A stretch of 45,910 bases of DNA, taken from contig MEDY01000243.1 in the NCBI GenBank assembly GCA_001724265.1, forward strand, positions 1-45,910, given 5' to 3'. This document shows, one piece after another, positions 33,506 to 43,500 of the stretch. Numbering within the stretch: the first letter of the stretch is position 1; each line of letters begins with the position of its first letter. Position numbers and translations under genes: made by a program. The notes below the pieces were generated by a model. It had not been told where the DNA came from, did not search any database, and was given only the letters and a program-made list of their open reading frames with translations. This DNA comes from Rhizaria sp. SCN 62-66. Lineage: Eukaryota.

Positions 33506-36500
33506 TCATATGTGATTTGTCGAGGCATCTGATTTGTCGCACACGACCCACAGTCCTTTGACCATCCCCAGGGCATCCAGCGTCTTGGTCTTGACCTTAG
33601 CGCCCTCGCTCTCGCCCTCTGCCTCAGCGCCCTCAGCAGGCGGGAGGTCGTAGTAGTCTTTCTTGACGCCGGTGCCGCCGAAGCCGTTGCGGCGGTACAT
33701 GCGCTGCGACGCCTCGTTGTTCGTCGCGGTGTCCAGAGTCAGCGTCAGCGTCAGAGACGGAGCCAGAACAGTTGTTGTTTTGCTCACGGCAGCAGCGTCA
33801 GCGTCAGAGCGCGCGCATGCGGGACTTGAATTGTGCAGCTCAACACTGAGCGCTTCATCTTCACTGTCATCTCCTTCGCGTTCATTCTGGTAATTCTTCA
33901 CAGCAGCAGCAGCAGCAGCAGCGTCACCGAGCGGCTCATACGCAAACTGCGGCACCAGCGGCCACACGGGCTGCCGCCACAGCTCAGACACACTGCTACT
34001 CGACTCTGAACCCTTAGACTGAGTGCACTTAGATCGAGTGCACTTGGGCTGCGGACCGGCGCGCTCCCAGACGGGCTGCCACCACCACAGCGCAGCATGC
34101 TCACGCAAGTCCCACAGCAGCGGAAGCGCGCTGCGCGTGCACAGCAGCAGCCACGCCTCCGCCACGAGAGAAGTATCACGCTCAGTCTCACCCTCACATT
34201 CAGTCTTACTCTCAGTCTCAGCTTGAGCATCATTCGACTCACTGATGTGCATGCCAGTCTTATTGTGGTAATGGCCAGTCGCCGCGGCCGCGTGAGATAT
34301 CGCACGGCGCGCCTCGGCGGCGGCAAGCGGGCCCCAGGCGCGGCGCATCGCGGCCGCGACGGCCTCGGCCCAGAGCGCGCAGTGAACGCCGCGCGCGCGG
34401 AGGAAGTGGCCCGGCTCGCGCGCCCGCAGCAGCGACGACAAATCCCATACAGTCGTCGCTTTATCGTTCTCTCGCTCTGCCGCTGAGTCAGTCGCTGTCT
34501 CTAGCTTTGTCAAAGCAGACTTAGACTCGCTTCCTGAGCACCGAGTGAGCTGTTTCTGTTCCTGTTCCTATTTCTGTTGCTGTTTCTGTTGCTGTTGCTG
34601 TTGTTGTGTGGGTGTCGCTCCGCAGGTGAGATGGAGCATGAACGCGCCGACGCCGCGGCGCTGCCACTCTGGCGCGACGCCGAACACGCAGAGATACGGC
34701 TGCGGCGGCTCAGTCGGCGGGGCTGGGACCAGGCCTAGCATGGTTGCGGTGGCGGAGGCCAGCGTGGCCACGGACGAGGCCAGTGCAGACACGGCGGACA
34801 CAGCGCGGCCCCATAGTGACAAAGCGGGGGACGCAGTCACCGCGGTGGGTTGTTGCAGTTGTTGTTGCAGAGATTGTTGTTCGTTCATATCGACAAAGGG
34901 GGCAATGGCATCCAGTGAACAGACTAAATCAGCACGATTGGCTGAGAAATAGTCCAAAAACGCGCCGTGCTGCGTTTGTCCTTCTTCCACAATCTCGCTC
35001 CTGCTCAGGGCCATCGCCCGCCGCAGCCGCATAAACCACTCACCAGGCTCCGTTCCAGACACAGACGCAGATAGCGACGCAGAAGCAGTTGTAGAGTGTT
35101 CGCTAGAGAGCCTAGATTGGCTCTGAGAATGCTTATCACAGGCTGCTGCGCTTCCTGTCACTGTCGCTGCTAGAGTCACAGCGCCGGTGCGCCGCCGGTG
35201 CGGCAGCGACTGCGCCCTGGGCGCCAGCGCGCGGCGGGCGGCGGCGAGCGCGGCGGCGCGCGGGCGTGAGTGGCGCAGCGGCGGCGCGTACGCAAACAGG
35301 CGCCGGGCGGGGGCGTGGCGCGGGAAGAGCAGCGGGAAACACTGCGCGCCCTTGCTCGATAATAGCAACGGCGACGACGACACTGGCGCTTGCGCTGAGG
35401 CTGAGGCTGAATCGGAGTTAGAGTCGGAGTCAGAGTTGGAGTTAAAGTTGGGCTCAGAGGGTTCAGAGCTGCTGTTTGTGGTGGCAAACAAGCTTGAGCT
35501 CGAGCTTGTGTTATTGTGGCTGTCAAATGTAAGGGGAGTCGTGGGAATGTAAGGGGCCGGCACGGCTTCGTTCAGCACCGGCTTCATACGGGCGACTGAA
35601 AAGGCAATGACGCTCTCTTGTCCGTCTTCCGGTGCTGAGGTCTTTATAATACTTAGGCCGGAGTCGCAGGTACTTAGATCAAGCGCGGCGTCGAGGTCTT
35701 GCTGCAGGACGACGTCGTTGAACGTCACAACAGGAGCCGTCGTCGCGGTGTTGCTATTGCCGCCGCCGCTGTTGCTCGGGTTACAACGGCCGTACACGTG
35801 TGTGCCGCGATACAGCTGCGACGACCGTGGTGTTGGTGTTGCAGCAGCTGTTGTAGCAGCAGTTGCAGCGAGGTTGTCAGTCACTGAAGTAGTCGTAGTC
35901 GTTGTTGTTGTTGTTGATGTTGCCAGGTGCCAACAGTCGCCGTAGCACTCGTACAGCAACGCTTGCGGTGGCGCGGTGGTGCCGGCAGCAGAAAAACTCG
36001 TAGTATCAGTGCCAGTCGCAGAGCGAAAGATGCATGGTGAGGCCGATGCAGAGGCAGAAGGAGTGATTTCGTGCCAGTGGCGGCTAAATGGGCAAAAAAG
36101 GGTCCCAGCAGCAGCCTCCTCGTCATCAACCTCAGTCTCAGTCACAGCATTAGCGGTGAGTCGGCGGCGCAGCGGCGTCCAGAGTGCGCGCGCACAGCGT
36201 GCCGGGGCAAGCCCATGCCGCGCAGCGCCGCGGGCAAGCGCGGCAAGCAGCGCGGCGCCGGGGTCATGGCCGGGCGCGGGCGTAGCGACGAGGAGGTAGG
36301 ACGAGAACTCGTCCTGGGTGAGCAGCGCAGGGTAGTATTCGGCGTCGTATTTGACCGGGAAGAGCGCGTCCTGTAGCGGCAGTTTTGAGATATAAGACAG
36401 ATTAAAGAATAAGGTGTCTCATGGTATGCGCAAGATATGAATAAAGACGTATTGTACAAGGTATAGCTTTGCAGAGATGATGGGTGGGAACGTACGTGGA

Positions 36501-36588
36501 GCGATTGCAAAGGATTTAGGTCGCGCGGTTGTACCATACGGAGTTTGACAAACCGAACCCCATTTAGTGGAGAGGAAGTTCTGCTCAT
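33506..36588 (-). CDS. GNAT N-acetyltransferase (Naa50/Naa60-like) expanded by large insertions, 2 exons, ~985 aa if the internal TAG at 34570-34568 is decoded
   Basis: Exon 36588..36496, phase-0 intron 36495..36371 (GTACGT..CAG), exon 36370..33506. N-terminal LRMVQPRDLNPLQSLHDALFPVKYDAEYY; beta3 VIAFSVARM; acetyl-CoA motif A YLCVFGVAPEWQRRGVG (~34640-34700). After the TAG come motif B LTLDTATNNEASQRMYRRNGF..KKDYY and LDALGM (~33570-33750). Stop TGA. Confidence 0.8.
34568..34570 (-). other. In-frame TAG inside the GNAT gene (candidate recoded or read-through codon)
   Basis: Minus strand reads CAA CAG CAA CAG CAA CAG AAA CAG CAA CAG AAA TAG GAA CAG GAA CAG AAA CAG. The TAG occupies a CAG slot of an (NAA CAG)n repeat, between GNAT motifs A and B. 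Confidence 0.75.
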
Positions 36589-37142
36589 CAAAAGCGCCAG
36601 ATAGAAGTCAATATACTATTTTACGGACCTTACACGGCGCGCGCCATGTCGGAAATCGTGGGCCACAAGCGCGTTGCTGTAGGCTGTGGTTCGCGAAAAA
36701 AGCGGGCAAGCAGTGGGGCCGGAGAGCCATCAAGATTTTTACATTGACCAACTGAAGTAATCTATGAGTATAACGGACTTCAAGTGGTGTTATTGTTGTG
36801 TCACAAGCTGTTTATATCGTTATTTGTTTTTGAAATTTGGTCACACGTTGTTATTTTTGCTGTGCACGTGGTTGCCGCAATCGCTCTCCAATCACGATCA
36901 AGGACGACGCACCCACTTCTAATTCAGCGTTATTCTCGCGTGTACCAACAATAACTTGGCGTGATCGCTGCACGAGACGGCGAAAAAGTGCAGTTTAAAT
37001 TGGCACAAAATGGATTCACCCCACATGACTGCGATCTCGCAGCTGTTTATCACACCCGAACTTTGGTAGTTCCTGCCCCTCCATGCTTTTCTTGATTTCA
37101 CTGTTGGTGCTCACGAAGTTTCAACCCCCGCCATTTGTACAG

Positions 37143-39510
37143 ATGCGTGCCCCCGTCCGCGCCCTGTGCGTTGCCGCCTCGGCCCTTCTTCTTTGCTCCT
37201 CGCTGGCCTCCGCCGCCGAGACGGAGACGTTCGTGATTCCCTCCACCTTCCCGGCCACGATCCCGGCTGGCGCGCCCGCGCCGTCGTTCCGCGCCGTCAT
37301 GGGCCCCGACTTCGTCTTCGACCCTGCCGCGGCGTACAGGCTGTCCTTCTGCGATAGCGCTGTCCCGGCTGCCGACACGACCGTGACGGCTGCCTACGTC
37401 CACGCCTCTCTCGAGCAGTTCGCTTTCTCCGGCGAGAACAACAACTGCACGGCCAAGCTCGCCGCCGCGGGCTCGACCACGCCCGTCGAGCTCGGCGCCG
37501 TCGCCTTTACCAACGAGTTCCCCGACACCGTCGTCACGCAGTTCCTGCCCACCTTCTACAACGCGCGCGCCGCGACGGCCGCCACGATCTTCGTCGTCTC
37601 GGGCACCGGCCTCGACGTCGTCAAGAAGGTCGTGGTGCACACCGTGGCGCCCGAGCTCTCGTCGCTCTTGCGCTATGCCACCAGCTACGTCTACAACGAC
37701 GACGGCTCCGTCTCCCCGGCCTCATCCCCCGAGTTCGCCCTGGGCGAGGGCGACGACGTCTCCGCCGAGTGCACGAAGCTCATCGCCACGGCCACCACCG
37801 TCGCCTGCACGCTCCCGTCCTTCCCTGCGACCGCCCAGGTGCCGCGTGTGCTCACGGTCACTTACCTGGACGCCGCGAACGCGCCCGTGGCAGAGCACAC
37901 GATCGAGGCGACCCCGGCCGACGTGCCCGTCAACTACGCGCCCTCGGCCGTGGCGCCCGCCGTGCTGCCCACCGGCGTCACCACCAAGCTCACCGTTACC
38001 TTTCCCAAGCCCGTGCCCGCGACTTACCCCTGGTCTGCCGTCTTCGTCAACTCCGCGACCATGCTGCCCGTCATCGGCGCCACCGTGTCGCCCCTTATCT
38101 TCGCCGCGGACCGCCTCTCGGCGACCGTGGAGGTCACTGTGCCCGCCGACGCCACCGTCACCGGCAAGTACGCACTGTCGCTGGGCCAGGCCGCACTGGT
38201 CTCCGCGCCCACGGCGTACTCGTACATCAACGAGCGCGACGAGGAGGTTTTTGTCGTTGACGGCGCGGACTCGGCCAAGGCCGCGAAGCAGTCTCTGTTC
38301 AACACGGCCGTCGTGGCGCCCAGCTCCTTCGAGCTCACCGTCTCGCAGTCCGTGGTGACCATCGGCGCCGTCTTCCCGGGCGCCGTGCACGTCAACACGC
38401 TCTCGCTCGACGGCACGCACCTTCGCATCGACCTCGCGTCGGGCACCTTCCCCGCCGGCGGCGCCGTTACCGTCAACGGCAAGTACGCCGCCGTGGTCTC
38501 GGCCAGCCCGCTCATGGTGACCCTCAAGGGCGTCAAGCTCGAGGCGGGCCCCGTCACTGTGGCGCTTAAGGACTCGCTCAAGGACGACGCCAAGACCGTC
38601 GCCGAGCTCGCTGAGGCGTTCACAGTGTACGGCGCCGCTGCGGACAAGGTTTACCTGGCGCACGAGTACGCCATTGCGCCGCTCGCCGTCGCCGTGGGCG
38701 CCACCACCAACGTTATCTTCACCATGACGAACCCCGAGAAGAAGGCCGTGACCGTCGACGTCGACGCGACGACCGGCATCGTGCCCGACACCAAGCACTC
38801 CGCGGGCTCCACTTACGTCACCGTGCCCTTCAAGAACACCGGCAAGGAGATGTTCAAGAGCGTCAACGTCAAGTTCCACGTCGGCGACACCGTGCTGCCC
38901 GCCGTGATGCAGTACGTGCCGCAGCCTGTGCCCAAGAGCGTCACTCCCGCCAAGATCGACATCAAGGTACGTCCGCAACAACGTTTCTATGATGTTTCCG
39001 TCATAAGATCGATAATATATATATATCTATTTTTTTGTTATCACAACTCTCACTTTTCGTGCTTTTTGTTTTGTTTTGTTCACACTATAGTCCAAGACCG
39101 CGACCAAGGTGACCGTGGGCCTCGGCGCCGACTACACTGGCACGCTGCCGCTCGTGATCACGCTCTCCGACGCCAACGCCAAGGTCACCGACTCGGCCTT
39201 CGACGCCAAGACCCACGCCGTGACCGCGAACGTAGACTGCACCACCTGCACCATCGGCTCCAAGGTCCTCACCGTGACCTTTGCCTACTCAGCCGGCGTC
39301 CACGACACGTCCACGACCGTGGAGGTGGTCAACACCAAGTCCGGCGGCGGCGACGACTCGAACGTGTGGTACTGGGTGCTCGCTATCGTGCTCACTGCCG
39401 CGCTGGTCGTCGGCGCTTACTTTGGCTACAAGGTCTACAAGCGCCGCCAGGTCCGCAACACCATGCTCGCGCAGTCGCTCAACGAGGACTCGCCCTACCG
39501 CATGCTCTAA
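37143..39510 (+). CDS. Type I membrane protein with a beta-rich (IPT/TIG- or Ig-like) ectodomain, 2 exons, ~747 aa
   Basis: Signal peptide MRAPVRALCVAASALLLCSSLASA. Exon 37143..38966, phase-0 intron 38967..39090 (GTACGT..TAG), exon 39091..39510. TIG-like strings (FVVSGTGLD..CTKLIATATTVACTLPS), TM helix VWYWVLAIVLTAALVVGAYFGY, and a short tail KVYKRR...SPYRML. Stop TAA. Confidence 0.85.
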
Positions 39511-40501
39511 GCGCGAAGCAGAAAGATACTGACCTCCGCTTTGTGCTGCGACGTGCCGCGACAGTCTAGCTCGGCATCTCTGTGCTTTTCTTGCTGTCTC
39601 AGCCTGATTAACTTTTGTTGAAACAAATTTGACTTTGTTTCATTTGGCTGCGTCTTAAACAGCTCACAATGTGTGTACCTCGTTTATGCAAGACTCTGTG
39701 CTAACTAAGTGTTCATAGCTCCATGAGCGAACTTGTAAACAACGATGTAACACATTTTCAGTTTCCTACGCCGCTAAATTCAAACACAACTGTCGCGCGC
39801 TCGCTGCGCTTGTGTCTCTCCTTTCTTGCTTGACACGACACCCGCCACCTTAACCAATATTTTGCGTCGACTTTTTGTTTTGTTGCTGTCGTTTGGGTTT
39901 TAGATATCAACGAACCCGTTATCTTTTGGATTTGCTTTCCTTTGTTTTTCTCCATGGGATCTCATCGTCACATCATTGAGTGTTTGTCACCCGACCATGC
40001 GTGACTGCTCACATTTATAAGCTCTTGCGTTTACCACTTACGAGTAGAGTCTTTTTCAAACACTCACATTTTATGCATGTTTTACAGCCGATGACCATCC
40101 ATACAGTCTGTTTATTTTGAATCCATTATCATCGATCCCCGCTTTGACTATGTTTATTATCCTTTTCAAGTTATCGTGACTCTGTCTGGATTTGGTCCCA
40201 CAGTCGCGCCAGCTCGGTCTCTCTGCAGAGAGCCAGCAAAGGACGATGACGAGGCTGATTTAGCAAGTCGGATGCGTGCTCATGCCATCGTCATAATAGT
40301 TCTTCACAAACGATTCCGTATTGTCATGATTGTGAATATGCTGTAAATATACTTTTATTTCTCCAGACCATTTCTTTGCTCTCGAACTCATCGTGATACG
40401 ATCCAACTCCGCCCCCCTTGTCCTGGCCCTCTGCTAGCCCTCCTTTCCTCGAGCCAACAGATACTTTCTTTCTACAAATTGGACGGCTTTCCGCGTGATC
40501 A

Positions 40502-43500
40502 ATGTCCTCCACTGGCCCTGGCAGCGACCAGCGCCCTCTGCGCCCCACAGTCTCATCTTTTGCGCGAGACCCCCTTGCTTCGTCCCCCGCTTCCTCCCCG
40601 ACGGCCGCCGCCTCCGCCACCTCCGCCTCTGGCGCCGCCGGCGCGTCGGCCGAGAGCGCGCAGTCCTCGCAGCTCGCCCGTCTAGCGGGCCTTTTTGGCG
40701 GCACCCCGCTGCCCGCGCCAGTCCCCCCACGCGCTGCCACTGTTGCTGCCACAGTCTCCGCCGTGGCTGCTCCCAATCCTGCGCCTCAGCCTCCTCAGCA
40801 ACAGCAGCAACAGCAGCAACAAGCGGGCTCTGTTTCGCCTACAGCCTCTTCCGCAGCCACAGTCTCTGTATTGACTAAATCTGATTTCCCAATTGCGCCC
40901 GCTGGCGCTAGAGTCAACAACACCAGCCCCAGTTCCAGTGCGAACGCAGGCTCTTCCAGTTTAAGTTCTAGCTCTAGCTCTAGTTCTAGTTCTGCAGCGC
41001 CCGCGCGCCGCGGTGGCGCCAGCAACAGCTTCGGCTTTGGTGGCGCCCAGGATGACGACGACGACGACGACGATGGCGGCGGCGGCTTCGGCGGCGGCAA
41101 GAGCGCGCTTGCGCTGCTTGACGCCAGCATTAAGGCCATGGCCGCCGAGACAGAGACCGAGCCAGACTTCGGCGGCCGCGGTGGCAGCGGCTTCAGTCTG
41201 AACAGTGGCGGTGACAAGGGCTTGGGCTCTCGCAACGACATTATTTCCAGCGCAACTTCCGCGACTGCGGCCCGAAACAGCAAGGTCGATAACAAAGCTG
41301 CTGCTGCTCCCGTCACTTCGGCTGCGACCTCAGCTGCTGCGTCCACTAAAACGGCAGCACAGGCTGCGAATGCGGAGCCTGCTACTGCGACTGCGTCTGC
41401 ATTGCCGCTGCCCCAGCCCCAGCCCCAGCGTCAGCCTCTGCCTCAGCCTCAGTCTGCTGCTGCTGCTGCTGCTGCAAGTGTGAGTCGCTCCACAGCCTCA
41501 GCCTCAGCCTCGGCCACTGCGGCGGTCGCGTCGGCCACCGCCGTCTCCTCTCTGCCTGCCTCCCCGTTCCCCCCGGCGTCACCCAACGCCCCCCGCACCG
41601 CCCCCGCGTCCGCCTCCGTCTCCGCCGTGACGGCCACAGTCACCGCGCCCGTGCCAGCACCCGCGGCCGCGCCAGCGCCAGCGCCAGCGCCGGCGCCGCC
41701 GCGGCCACGCGCGGTGCGCATGCGGCCGATCAGCGAGTGGAAGCACCTGTCGGTGGACGAGGTGGTGCGCGACGCGCTGGCGACCTCGCGCATCGTGCAC
41801 GCTCTCCAGCACCTGCGGCTGCGCATGCCTCTCTCGCTCGACCTGGAGCACCAGGGTGACGGCGGCGACGCCGCACGCACGGCCGACGCCATTATCGCCG
41901 ACTCGGCCGGCAGCTGGGAGGAGGCCGACGAGGAGGATGTCGCGCTCGCTCTGTCTGCGGCCGCAGCGCAGTTCCAGCAGGCCAGTGCCGCCGCCACTGG
42001 CTCGCAAAATAGCGCGGGCGTGGACGCCAAGGCACTCGTGCTGCTTGCGAACAATGCCAAACAGCAACAACAGCAACAGAATCAGCAACAGCAAGGTCAG
42101 CTTTCAACAAAGACCTCTGGCAGCGGCGTTAACAGCGGTATCTCTGAGGCAAGCAGCAGCGGCGTCGGTAGCAACGCGGTGACCGTGAGCAACGTGCGCG
42201 GCTACGGCACGCGCCCGCTGCGGCGGTTTGACTTCGACTCCGCGGAAAGCAAGTCGTGGCAGCTGGCGTGGCAGTTCTGGCGCGAGCGCGCGGGCCGCAA
42301 GGTGTACACGCTGCTATGCAGTGATGACGTCGACGCGACGATGCTGGCCACGCACGTGCTCTCGCTCTACGCCGAGGACCCCGTGTCGTTCTTTTCGCAC
42401 GTGATGATGCGCACCAATCGCGCCGGCCTACGCGCGGGCCTGTACCAGCACCTGGCGCACGCCATGGCCGCGCAGCGCGTCGCGCTCACGGTCATCGTTA
42501 TGAAGAGGAAGAGTCAGAAGCAGGACAAGGGCTCGCGCACTCGTCGCGCGCAGCTGGAGAACCACCAGCAGCAGCAGAGCCGGCTGCAGTTGACGCATCT
42601 CACCACCGGCGACTCACCCGCCCCCCAATTAGACCGCGAGGCTGAGCCCCCCTTGGACCGCGAGATCGCCCGCGTTGAGCAGCACGAACTCGCGGACACC
42701 GCGCCTCTGCTGGCGCGGCGCGACCACCTGCTGCAGGCGTACCTCACTCTGCTGCTCCGGTTGTATCCCGCCAGCGGCTACCACGCCGCGCGCGCGCACC
42801 TGCAGACGGCGCAGCTGACGGTGCAGTACCCGGTTCCCGCCGCGGGTGCCGTTCCCGCGCTGGCGCTCACCGGCGCGAGCCGCGTGTTGACCGAGCTGGC
42901 GCCGCCGCCGGAGCGCGCGTTGCAGCGCCGGCGCGCGCAAGACGCCGCCCGCGGCCGCGCGTCCTCCTCCGCCGCGGCGGGCGCGGGGCTTGCCGGCGGC
43001 GGCGGCGCTGATGGTGGTGCTTGGGGCAAGCGCGCGCGGGACATCGCGGGCGGGTTGTATCGCGCGGTCAAGGGCATGGTCGCCAAGGAAGGCATCTTTG
43101 TGCCTACGACGAACGACGACGACGATGACGACGACGGCAATAACAATAATAACGGCGATGATGACGACGATGACAACAACAACAACGGCGACGACGGCGA
43201 CAACGACGACGACGATGATGATGATGATAACAATAACAACGGCGACGGCAGCAGTAACGCTGACCCCAACAGTCCCGACTACGCCGGCAGCCGCAGCACG
43301 CGCCGCAGCGGCCGCAACAACAAGAACAGTCTCGCCACGCTCGCCGCCGCGCTGTCCCCGGCGCTGGTGGCGTCGTCGCCGCTACTCGCGGCCGCCACGG
43401 ACCCCGCGGCCGCGGCGGCCTCTGCGCGCATGGCGACGCTGGCCCACTGGGCGCAGGTGCGCGCGCGGCACCGCCAGCAGCGCGCCGCGGCCGCCACCGC

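Noticed and set aside
37083-39569. 828-aa track ORF as a single-exon gene
   Set aside because: It reads through an AT-rich GTACGT..TAG intron (38967-39090) into the wrong frame. The spliced form gives a TM helix and tail and stops at TAA 39510, so the TAG at 39567-39569 is not the real stop.
40219-40232. 14-bp palindrome CTCTCTGCAGAGAG upstream of the SPG11-like gene
   Set aside because: It is an isolated simple-sequence palindrome with no second copy or transposon hallmarks.
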